Assembly (NCBI RefSeq): GCF_023055435.1
Contig: NW_025963791.1
Location: 17,298,001-17,362,000, forward strand
DNA from: Haliotis rufescens
Taxonomy: Eukaryota
DNA length: 64,000 nt
Direction: 5' to 3'
Below are positions 50,940 through 63,360 of this stretch, in pieces. The notes under the pieces are model-generated. The model searched no databases and was not told where the DNA came from. It was given only the letters and a program-made list of their open reading frames with translations. Position 1 is the stretch's first letter; every line of letters begins with the position of its first letter. The translations under genes and the position numbers were made by a program.

Positions 50940-53900
50940 ACTCAAGAGGCCATGGTGGTGTTGATGGTGCCTGCCCTCAGGACTGCCGCACTCCCAGTTG
51001 GACAGTATCAGTTTCCAATAACACAAACACTTGCCTATTAATTAGTGTCACAGTTGTAGTTTAATTGACATGTGGAATTTGCCATTTGCACTGGAATGTT
51101 TCAGTCCAGTGATTTATGTCAACATATAAACATATTTGGCAGGTTTTTATTTTTGAATATGTAATGCTTTTAAAAATCAACTGAAGAAAGCGAATATTGT
51201 TTTCAGCTTCATCAGCAGCTATAAGCTTCTAATGGATGCAGTTTTGTACAGTTCAAAATTCCAAATGGTCAGTTATGGTATATTTTTGGGATACCTGGGG
51301 TCTACACTAGGCTTTTCACAGAGGAAATGCAGTATTTGTAATTATTGCTCATTTGATTCACAGTAGATGAGTGGAGTATTTACTTTTCCAGTGATAAAAG
51401 GACACTTGTGTCTTTAATATTTATTCTGTGATGCAAAACATTGGAAAGTGAGGTTGCATATTTTGTCTTCAAGTTCTGGGAGAGAAGGCTAGAACAAATG
51501 CAATCTGTATGAAATGTGGGTATATTTGAATAGATCTCTCTAAGAAACTCATCACAAAGTATGTTTGTAATGAAAAATATCTTATTGCTTTCCGATTTTT
51601 TAAGGGAAATATTCACAAGATAACCTCTCCTTTTTGCTGTACAATTCGCTGCTTGAACTATTCCTTGATACCAAAATAGACGAAGGTAGGCCACAAGGCG
51701 ATTTCTTGTCAGTCACAACATGCAATTGTGGGCACATTCTGCACAAATTTGTCAACTCTGGAGTATTCCCTTGTCAGGCATGTTGAGCATTCTCCCTACA
51801 GCTTCAACACAGGAGTCTCAGTGTTCTTACAAGGGAGCGCTGTGATGAGGGATTATCCTTACAGCTGCTGCAACATTCAAGGCCAGGGGGTAAACTTTGA
51901 CAAAATGTCCAGAAAACTCGCTGACCATCTGAGAAATGAAGAAAAATTTCCAGCAGTTCTCAGACGTTGCCGAGTCTTTCTATTGGATGTCAAGGAGTCT
52001 TCTGAAAGTCTTATTTGAACATTGCCACATTTTTGTTTGAGGCAGACTAGCAATGGGTTGAGATGAGGATGAATTCTGTGGGACCCCTATCTGCTACCAC
52101 CTGAAAGTGAAATTGTGGAAAATGTGATAGCTGAGACATGGTGATGTGACGATACATTTAACTGCAAATGGTAACGGAACGAGATAATTTTATATTTTAT
52201 ACTTTCTATCTGGCATCTCATGGTGTATAAATTGTATATCTACTATTGATAGTAATGTATGGATATATATACTACTCAAAAGAAGTTGAAGAACACCCAA
52301 TTCTTTCAAATGACTTGTAGATCTGTCATGGCTGGTGGGTATTGCAACACACAGCCTTCCAATTGTGGCTGTTCTTTAACTTGTTTTGAGTAGTATATAT
52401 GTAACGGTCTGGAGATAAGTGGATTTGTGCATGAGAGAAAGATTATGTAATGTCAAGCCAAAGCGATTTTGTTGGTGGTTGATTTTATCTTTTCGCCATT
52501 CCACTCTAATTTTAGTTTTATAAATTCCAATGCACTTATCTGACAAGCATCAATTATTTATGAATCTCAGATGTTGATTATTCAAATATGCTATTTATCC
52601 AGCAACAGTTTATGTAAAAATAAACTGACATATAAAAAAAGACTTCTGTGTACTGAGTTTAACTCCTTTCATACAGAAAAAGACTCTCAAAAAGGAGTTT
52701 TGCTTGTGATGTGTTTTTTTGTGTGCTATAAAAAGATTTTCTTCTTCTGCCTCTTAAGCTAACAAATTCAGGATACAATGAATGCATGTCATTCCTCCCA
52801 CTGTGTATCATGTTAATCTAAGGCTATTGGCACCGTCCTACCGGTTGAATGTTCCCCTTGTAATTGGCTGTTGAGGTGGAATTAATAAAACCCTTGTGTA
52901 AATGATTATGGCGAAAATGATCCATTTATGTTGGTTTTTCATCAAGGCCATCCCTAATTGCTGAAAGGTTATCAGGGCAGACAGACCAGAAGTTGCTTGA
53001 GTTGGGATTAGAATGCCCCATTTGGAAACACCCAATTCTGCAGAAGCTCAAGGTTTAACGATTTAGCAAGCTGATGTAATACGTTCCCCTTGTGCTGCAG
53101 TTTAAGACATAGGGGCAGTGTTTGACCTCTGTTAATTGTGTAAGATACTTTGTCAAAACAAATACAGGATTCTGTTTATAATTGTTACACAGCAAATGAT
53201 TGGAAGTGTAGAGTAGTTCTGCTGTGTTGGTGGACATAATGGTTAGAAGGTAACATGGTAATTTCCTGTTTGTAAGATATCATTTATGGGCTTGAAATAT
53301 TTGTGAATAAGTTTCTCAAAGAGGCAACTTTTAATGTGTTTAGTGTTGTTTTTTTACAATGAATGAACATTATGCAGTTTTTTATTAATCCTAATTTTCA
53401 TTGGGTTTTGGTCTGTTCAGGTAATGTTTTCCTTAAGAATAATAAGATATTGTCTTTAGCTTCATCTTGATTTATGAAGAAAGCAGAGGTGTATTGGTCC
53501 TGAATTAGTCCTATACCAAGGGACATGATGGTTCATGGGATGTTGTATGAATTACAGGAATTAATCTGTCTTTTGATTTAAGTTTAAAGTTAAATATTAA
53601 ATTTAAGCCTCTATCCCTGTGTCAAAATTTAGTGATTACTATCTGATAGAGATTTGTTGGATGCCATCAACACATCCAGTTATATGCTAGCACTTTAGTG
53701 AAAATGGTACTGATATATTTCAACACATCATTTGGATGATGCAGGTATATCCCAGCACATTATTAGTGGGACTGGCGCAGGTACATCTTAGCGCATCATT
53801 AGTGGGACACAGCTTCATCATTAACGGCCATGTTGGATCGAGGCAACATTGCTTCATCATCTACTTCCTTGTACAAAGATTTATGAGGATGGCATGAATT

Positions 53901-54549
53901 ATGTAACACTGAATTTCACTGATTATTTCTCTCATCATCCAACTTCTCAATTGTCACACAGTTCTAGTATAGCTCTGCTTGTGATGTGAGGGTTTGGAGT
54001 CTAGTTTCCCAGCAGCTAGCTATCTGTGTGGCAGTATCTAATCTTGCTACAGTTGATAGTCTAGGTAAATACAGGCTAGTCTGTCCCCACCAACACCGCC
54101 CTGGGAAGTCATCCCATTCATGTGCTTGTTGAAACACACAGGGCCAAATTTTATTGAACCTTCTTAGCAGGTAATGAATACAATAGTCTGCAGACTTAGG
54201 AATTTTGTCGGTAAATCATGTAATATGATAATTCAGGGGCTAGAGTCAAATGACAGGACACTCTTGAACGTTTTCATTAATTTTATATGGTATATTTATC
54301 CATTTTTTTTCTCACCAATTTTGTTAATAATATTCCGAACATGTAGGATAATCAGAATATGAACCATTTGAACTTTACTTTTTTGGTTGAAAATTGCTGA
54401 AAACTGTTCAGAGTTGTTTTTATCATGAATAATTGTATGAAAGTTTGTATATGTTTGAAGTATTTATTAATTTTAGATCAACGTATTAGATAGTGTGTAA
54501 ATTGAGATACTATGAGAGCTTTGTAGAAAGTATGAATGGCATATCTTTA

Positions 54550-55260
54550 TGTCGGCTGCAAGGTCTATATGCCTTGATGTCGTGACACGTGACCAATAAA
54601 ATCAGTTGGCTCATCCTGACCTCTGCTCTGTACCCAGTTCCTTCATGCCGAGTGGGAAGTGGAGCTCGGACATCCAGCAGAAAAAGGTGCACGCAGTAGT
54701 TTCTTAATTGACTTTCTGTTGCGCAAATAAAGGCCTGTTATTTGCTCACATGTGCCATGATGAGTTTGCTGGAGCGACTGTCGACGAACACCTCAGTACC
54801 TAGATTACAACATGACATGAGCTTAAGACGATGATGTGTTTGTCGTTGCTCAGTTCGAAGTTTGATGTAGCTTGGGGAAGTTTGCTGATCACGACACATA
54901 TCTGTAGGGGCACTACCTTTTGGGGGTAGCCACTGAGTCAACAGTCAGGGGTCGGTCCTCTCCTGAGTCAAGGGGCGCTTAAGATGGGACTGAGATTAAA
55001 GGCGTGTATCACAAAATCCTGTTCTACCTTTATACTATGATGGTTTGTCGTTTCTAATGGTTCGTGAGAAATGTATTCCTGGAGGTGTGAAATTGACAAG
55101 AGGTTAAATCAAGTCTCTCTGAAATTTATTTGAAATGGACAACTGAATCGCTGTTACAATGATTGGACAAACGGGGCCGTTTTATTTGTGAAAGCGTCTC
55201 CAAGTGTTTGAAATGGTGCCAGTCAGTCAACATTGAACAGAAGAGCAGCGCGTACTCAAC
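54550..55260. promoter_or_regulatory. CpG-retaining intronic element (candidate enhancer or alternative promoter)
   Basis: About 20 CpGs; E-box CACGTG next to CCAAT near 54586-54598; two AP-1 TGAGTCA sites at 54934 and 54964. Confidence 0.4.
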
Positions 55261-56569
55261 CAAATGATCTGTGCACTTTGTAACACCAAAAGGAGCAAGT
55301 CTTGGTATTGTGCATTTTGAGCTGGACAATCTATGGACAGATGAACAGAATAAGCAGGTTTACTTACTGATATCACACCAGCATGATAACAAGAATGTAT
55401 ATTTGAAGAAATGATGTGGAGATATGAGGTAGGCATCTACATGGATTATGTTTGAGACAAGTGTTTACTGGAAGAGATTTCAATGAATCATGTGAGTTTT
55501 GAAGCAGCAGGGATGGCAGTTCAACATTTACTGAGCACATTGTTGTCACATTTCAACTCTTCCCTCCTATCTCTCCATTGAAGAGCGAAAGGCACAGATT
55601 TGTCCACAAGGTGTCAAGGTTTTCAAGGTTTGGATTTTACGAGGGTGACAAACATGATGGATGGTGGCTTGCTGAACTTGACAGTCTGAGCTCTGGTAGA
55701 TTTCTTACACCTTCACTCAGTGCTTGTGAAGAAGATAGACAGGGCTCAGAGCTTGTCACATCCTAGGAGGGCTTGAATACTATTTTTGGCCACTTGAAAC
55801 CTTGCCATACAGAATGCATATGTAACCTGCTTGTGATTTTTGGCAGATATTTCGGATTTTTAAAGCCATGCAACTGTACTCCAGTTCCTCCATCTCCTAC
55901 TAATTCCGAAGGGGTTGCAAGCAGTGGAAGTGATTGATGATCGGGACTGCAGCTGACGTTGATTGCATCATCAACAATGTAGACTTCACAAAAACGTGAT
56001 GCATTTCCAGGAATATTGATTGTTGTGGTGTTTCAGAATCTGACCTCATTAATAAGCCAATCAATTTACCAATTGGGAAGGAGTCTCGAACCGGAACTGC
56101 TCCTTTAATGACAGAATAAGGTGGGTAAGCCAGAACTAATGAGTGACAGCGAGTGCCACTACGTCAGTAGCTGGTAACATGTGTTGTTGATCTGGATGTT
56201 GATGTGGACAATAACTGTCATTGAGGAGCACATGTATTATAAATGAAACTGAGACCCCTGTGTATAGGTGGAGGGGCACACTGTGTTCTTTATTCATTCA
56301 TGAGATGAAAGGCTTCTGTGTTTAGCAAGCCAGACTGATATATTTCTGTACCTTTTCTGCCGTGGTATAACAACGTGAAACCCACTGAACCTGAAAACGT
56401 GAATGTATTGGTGAATGACGAGATTCAAGGCAGTGGAGTGATGATGACAGAGGTGGATATGAAACTGTTTTCTGACATATCTGGAATCTGATAAGCCATT
56501 AAATCAAGATTTTGATATTTCGGTTCTGATGCCATCTTTCGAAATGAATTGGGACGAAGGAGTCTCTGA

Positions 56570-57380
56570 GGAGATCGTGGATGTGATTTACCAGTACTGG
56601 TAGGTATATTGATGATACATATTCATACATAAGAAGATACATTGATGATACATAGGAAGGCATATTGAGGATACATGATCCACAATCAGGTACATGATAG
56701 TGGTCAACCTGGTCTATGAGATTGTATGTTATGAACCATTGATGACATAAAGTCATACATGGTTAGGTACAGTGATATATGTAGTGTCATAACCAGCCTG
56801 TACAGGTCGACCTGGCATATGTGATATGTTATGTACCATTGATGATGTAAGGTGATACATGGTAAAATACATATGATACATGTGGTGTCATAACCTGAGC
56901 CTGTACAGGTCGACCTGGCATATGTGATATGTTATGTACCATTGATGATGTAAGGTGATACATGGTAAAATACATATGATACATGTGGTGTCATAACCAG
57001 CCTGTACAGGTCGACCTGGCATATGTGATATGTTATGTACCATTGATGATGTAAGGTGATACATGGTAAAATACATATGATACATGTGGTGTCATAACCA
57101 GCATGTACAGGTCGACCTGGCATATGTGATATGTTATGTACCATTGATGATGTAAGGTGATACATGGTAAAATACATATGATACATGTGGTGTCATAACC
57201 AGCCTGTTCAGGTCGACCTGGCATATGTGATATGTTATGTACCATTGATGATGTAAGGTGATACATGGTAAAATACATATGATACATGTGGTGTCATAAC
57301 CAAACTATACAGGTCGACCTGGTCATTGAGATTAAGTGTTGTGTACGTACCATTGATGAAGTGAAGCGATACATGGTACT
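56570..57380. repeat. 101-bp tandem repeat, about 8 copies, homogeneous centre and degenerate edges
   Basis: Unit contains cctgtacaggtcgacctgg. Confidence 0.95.
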
Positions 57381-59653
57381 TCAGTTAAAACCAATAAAAA
57401 CTAGAAGAAATGATTGCCAGAGGTACAAAGATGGTATTTTAACCTTCCTGACAGGTAAGATCAAATTATTAACTTTTGAACATATGGCCTTCCAGCATAA
57501 CAGAAGTGCTTGGTTGTAAAATTAATGTTGAATTGTAACTTATCCAGGCATATTTACAATCTGGTATGGTTATTAATGCGATTATGCCAGCAGATGTGAA
57601 GTGTTTTGTCAACAGGATGTGTCCCCATGCTGCCAAGTATAAATGTATGTCAAACGAAATCAGTGACACTGTAAACAAATCTGCAGTGTGTTGTCAATGG
57701 CTGCCCTGCTTTAACATGACAGCATATGGCAGATCTGCAGCTTACACTCAGATACACTGGAATCTCTTGGATGTCTGTTTGATGTGTGAATTATGCAGTA
57801 TGTTGACACATGTACGGCTCGTTAAATTATTGATGATTTTAATCTGTAAATCAAAGCTCGTGCATGCATTTGGTTAATGCATTTTTCATCTTAAATTGGG
57901 TTAACTGAAAGGGCTTGTGAGTGATATATGAGCAGTGAGATCAAAGATTGTAGTCTGATACTGCTAAATATTATGTACCAATAAAACTAAAATTTATGTC
58001 ACCTTCCTTTGAAATTCATAAAATTATTATTATGGTGATCTCGATACAGTAGAAGCTTAATGTGATACTGTTTTTGTGTAGTGTATCAATCATGTATAAT
58101 TCATGGTATTACAGATTGCTGAAGGGAAAGGTCCTATATTGCCTTTTATGCCTGATGAAATGTGTTACAGCAGATAATCGAGACAATTCTCTGGTGTTGA
58201 CGTTTCATATTTCCATTTTGATATGTGGTTTGTGACGGGTGCCACCGGTGGGGCAGGATATGCTCACCTTTTCGTGAACAATTGGTTTAATCACTATTTG
58301 ATTTTGATTCATAAACACAGGCTCATGAAATAGTTGGAATCATACAGTCGACTCTGCTTCCAGCAGAGATTGCTTCTGAATATGGAAAGGCATTTGTAAG
58401 TGCCATCTCTTATTATGCTGCATTCTCATAAATATAACACTGCACACTACTTAACAACATTATTATGATCGTTTTGATGAGCAAGTCCTGGCTTTTGTAT
58501 GAATGATAACAAGTATCACTTAATTAAAAATGGTGTGTGTAAAGTTAATATGAACTTGGTACTAGAGTTCTAATTCTGGCGGCAGATTCCCAATGTCCAC
58601 AGAGACACAAAAGGTGTTCACAGTGATTCATTTTGTTTGCTGAGCAGTGAGACATATTTTGCCAAGAAAAACATCATTTTGCCTCTTCGTTTCAACAAAC
58701 TTGACCCTCGTTATAACACGCTTGACCCAAGAAGGACTATTTGCACATGCTCAGTTGGCCCTTCATGAAAACGTGCAAGAACTTGGCAAGTTGTTCAACG
58801 GGATGGTGGGTGGCCCCAGGTTTACTCAGACCGTGAACCAAATTATAGGCAATCCATGTTACGGGGAGATTTGGGTGGTCGTAGCAACGGACCATGTGCT
58901 TTGCTTAGCTTGTTGACAGTAACTATCTACCTGTGTTGTTATAGGGAGGGCCACAGGTGGAAAATGACGGGGGATGCTCGTCAGTTGGTTTAGATGTTAC
59001 TCGTTTATTGTGACAGCTACTCTTGTATACTGTAAACTTTTGTGTGAAAGTATATGCAAATATTTTGGTAGAGGTTTTGTTGTGTGTCAAGAGATGTTGG
59101 AGATGGTTTGTCTGGTGGGAAGATTATATGTCTGCGTCGTGTAGACTTTGGTTACCTGGACATACAGCTGGATCAGTTGCATCATGAAGTCAAAGATTCA
59201 CTCGGTGCAGGCATTAATGTAAAGACATTGTACATACACTTTCGCTAAGTAACATGTCAATAATGGTCTGCAACAGGGGGCAATGCTGTTCCTATTTCCA
59301 TTGATGTAATTCACTGAGGAATTTTCTAGTCTTTCATAATCCTACTTCCGTTTTCAAAGGATAATATTTTTTCGAATCTAGAGATTAACATATCATGGAT
59401 TTGTTTATTTAATATCCATATTTTTCTTTACTCTGTTGTTCTTCTCATATTTTTATCTTAACCAGCTGATGAACAAAGAAAGCAATTCTTTTGCCAGATA
59501 TGGAAAAAGAAATCATGCATGTGATAGAAGTTAGGAATAGAATGCTTTTGCTGCCAGTATGTTGCATTTATTATGCTGTGAAGTTGTGTTTGATCAAATA
59601 TTTGTGTAAAAGATTTGAGGTGAAAGATTGAAATCAACAATTCATTTTAAAAT

Positions 59654-60003
59654 GTGAGGTGAGGTGAAATGGGGTTTAACATCGCGTCCAAGATTATTGC
59701 TCTTATATAGCGACGTGCATGCACGTGTGTGTGTGGCTGCTTGTACTAGTCCAGACTGATGCCGATTTATAGTGCTAGCTCACTGAGATACCATGCCGCA
59801 GTTTAACATGAATACCCCACTCAGACACAGTATACTGACTCCGAGCCGACCAGTCCTTGTTTTAGCCCCTTAATGCCGAGCCCCAGATAGGGTAACAACA
59901 AGTACCATCTTTTAACGTCTTTTGGTTTGACGCGTTTGGGGATCAAACCCCGGACCTTCCGCTCTCCGGGCAGACGCTCTACCATTAGGCCATGGAAGGG
60001 GTC
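59654..60003 (-). mobile_element. SINE family C (Meta/MESC-like), full length
   Basis: tRNA head; core GACGTTAAAAAGATGGTACTTGTTG...CAGTGAGCTAGCACTATAAA; 12-bp TSD tcattttaaaat. Confidence 0.9.
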
Positions 60004-61006
60004 TCATTTTAAAATTGAATGCACTTGAAAGTGATGAAGAAATTATGACCTCACCTGCTGTTAGATGAGTGAGAGTTTTATGATTCATGTATTGAAATTC
60101 TTCATGTCACAGAATATATACCATTACAATATCACATTGTCTGTTACAAGTCGTTTCATGTCTTACAACTTGCTACTTGATAGAGATAACAGTTGTCCAA
60201 CATTGAGCTAGATGAAAGGAACTACTCGAATATCCGTGCAGAAATCATCAAAGGAAAGATAAAGCAGCAAGGGTGTGGAAGTACAGTGTGAATTATGATA
60301 TCACAGATATAGCAGGGGTTAGTGATAGTCTAACAGGTGGCTGCAACATTCTACAGTGAGCCGACACTGTAACAGTCTGTGATCTGCTCGCAGTGTATGT
60401 TGTACTGGTCTGATGACCAATTGAAGGAATGGAATATTGGTCAGAGGTATCACATGGAAGTTATAATATTCTCATTAAATAAGTCATTTGACCTGATATA
60501 GGAACTGGTATGTTTTCATTAATTGAGGTATTGTTGTGAAAGAAGTGCTTCCTTGTATAAATATAAAGATATGAATATTGGTGTAATATAATACATACAA
60601 ATGTTTAGATGATGATCAAGTGTCTAGCACCAAAAGAGTGTTTCAGAAACCAACCAGGATTTGTAAATATTGCATTAAATATTTTTGGAAAATAATCATG
60701 GCGTCTCCACAAACATAATGACTGGGAACCTTGACCTTTTATATTCTCGGGGGCACTTTCTGATGATCCATCATGACCCTTGGATTGCAGGTGAAGTAGA
60801 TGTACATGTGACTAGGTGAGATGCTAATAAGGGGTGCTCGAAGGGATGCAGGATATCAATCTGCTGCAGGGAATACTTATAAGAGAAGTATATTGAACAT
60901 GGTTAGAGCATGTGGTTAGGGAGAAAAGAAACTCGAAAAGCTGCCATTTTGGTTTTGCATCAGGATACTTTATAGCCCAGTTAGTGTAGTAAATATGAGT
61001 CTCAGG

Positions 61007-61185
61007 TGAGTGAGTGAGTGTGTGTGTTGGGGTAATGCTGCTTTGAACAGTATTCCAGTTATATGACAGCGTGTCAGCTTGATGTGGGAGAATGAAAGCC
61101 TGAAGTGATACAGGTGTCAGACGTTTACCACTTTGGTGAAACCCATGAGCACGGGTATAGTTCTGACAAACCTAGAAACATGATC
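61007..61185 (-). mobile_element. SINE family D partial copy
   Basis: Reverse complement of the family D core with a (GAGT)n tail. Confidence 0.7.
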
Positions 61186-61299
61186 GGAAGAGAGTGGCTT
61201 GTGTGATATATTAAGTCTGGACCAGATAGATCAGTGGTCTGAAAAAGGAGGGATCATTTATTTATCCTGATGACAATCTGCCAAATCAAACACAACCAC

Positions 61300-61482
61300 C
61301 TTAAGGCGTCCAGAACCCATGATTGTGGGTTCAAACCAGTTCGCCCTGATTACATTTCCAGGTTTGTCAGCACCATACCAAAGTGCGAGGGTTTCACCAA
61401 AGTGGTAACTTTCAACCTGCATCACTTGGGGCTTTGTCTCACATCAAGCTGACCTGCTATGGTATCACTGAAATACTGGTCA
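61300..61482 (+). mobile_element. SINE family D partial copy
   Basis: gtttgtcagcaccatacc core. Confidence 0.7.
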
Positions 61483-61634
61483 AAGCAAGTCACTTGCAGT
61501 GGTTCTTTGTATGGATCTTCCAGGGAATGACAAAGCAAGTCACTTGCAGTGGTTCTGTATATGGATCTTCCAGGGAATGACAAAACAAGTCACTTGCAGT
61601 GGCTCTGTGTATGGATCTTCCAGGGAATGACAAA
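61481..61634. repeat. 50-bp tandem repeat, 3 copies
   Basis: Units start at 61481, 61531 and 61581. Confidence 0.92.
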
Positions 61635-63078
61635 AAGGAAAGAAAGCAAGACAGGAAGTCTATCCTTTTTAAATGTTTGATTTAAATCATATTATAACTT
61701 TAAACACAAGTGCATTTTCACTTTCTGTATTATTTTTGAGGGCATTAATTATTGAACAATGCACTGGAGACACCTGATTTTAGTTCTAGGAGGGAATAAA
61801 GCTGAATTACAGCATTGATTTTTCTCCACAGTCCAAGAGAAATATAATACTGGGATTCCCAAAATTGGTTACTTGTTGAAAAATCTCATTCACTCATATG
61901 TAATATTGTAATGAATCTCTCCAGGCAGATGCCTTCAGATGTGACATGGCTAGTTTATCATTGTGAAGCATACATTTTAACTTTCAATTCCACTCATTAG
62001 AAGACCATACATTCCTGAAATGCCGGCATGGGCTTGTTCATTACACATCAATGTGTATCCCTTGGTCGACATGATCAGATTGGCAGATAGTGTCTTGTGA
62101 AGGTTGATGCGCCATAATGTAGAGGGCGACCATGGCTGCTGACTGATGGCTTGTAATTGCCTTTCTCTCCACATCTACTGGAATGTTTGTTCAGTTAAAT
62201 GAATGTGCATATACCTGTCAGTCACTTTGAGTGACAGCTGAAGCACCTGCACATTACATGCCACACTCAATCATGGAGCCAGACATGTTGTGCTTCTAAG
62301 CATACTTCCATGTTGTTTGTTTTCAAAGTCAAATAAGCCAACAAAATTTTATGTTTGTCTTAAGCCAGATCAAATATATTTTTATTATGTATTTTTTCAT
62401 AATCAATAAGACAAATAAAAGAGGAAAAATATAAAATATAAAAATGGTCGTTTTGGTTGATTTTATTTCCTAGATACAGCTATTTATTAAAGTGAATACA
62501 AAAGTTAGTACAACATTATGTTCAAAGTTTGCATTATTTCTGATCAAACGAATAATTATGAATTATTTGATTTTACTTTCCTAAACCTATGGGTCTTGAA
62601 AGAAATGATATGGCTTTAGAAGTGAATTTTCCAAAGACTTGATCACCAACAAATCAAGATGTTCAATCTTCAATCTGTTGTTTGGTAAATTGTTTGTGTT
62701 AGGCTTTTGCTGTTTTTGGGTGCTTAGTGAACATAGGTTTTGCTCCTTTGATCATAAGGCAATGGCATGTACATGTTTCATATTCTAATGTCAAAACTGT
62801 CACTGAAGATGTTCTTTGAGAATGTTCGATGGGATGTATAAAATATGCAATGATGAGAAAATAGTATGTGGTTTGCTATGCATTGTATTCACCTAGGCAC
62901 TCTTATCTATTAACAAGTCAAATTAAAATGTTGCCATGGTTACTTTAGAGATATGTAGGGAAATCACATACGCATTATGGCATCTGATATCTGGTTGATA
63001 TTTTACCTTTCTAGATGTGTACAGCACCTGTAGGAAAAATCTTATTTGTAAGATATCATAATAATTTCTGTCTCTGTG

Positions 63079-63360
63079 GTCCTGTGAAGATCCGGGTAGA
63101 ATAGGCAACCTATATATGCCCAAAGAGGCGACGTTGTAAGCGGCGACGTCGTAAGAGGCGACTATGCTTGTCGTAAGAGGCGTCTAATGATCACGGATCA
63201 GGCTAGCTGACATGGTAGATAAATGTCATCGTATCACAATTGTGTGGATTGATGCTCGTGATATCAATCACTGGATTGTCTGGTCCAGACTATTTACAGA
63301 CTGCCGTCATATAGGTGGAATATTGCTGAGTGCGGCATTAAACAACAAACAAACAAGCAA
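63079..63360 (+). mobile_element. Family B retroposon with four tandem hairpin modules
   Basis: TSD tctgtctct(g/a)tg; repeated gtaagaggcgac-like modules. Confidence 0.88.

Noticed and set aside
51380-52105. Moderately long ORFs on both strands
   Set aside because: No recognisable domain or consistent splice sites.
58232-58300. gacgggtgccaccggtggggcaggatatgctcacc, reminiscent of a molluscan repeat end
   Set aside because: Single short fragment; cannot be classified without a database.
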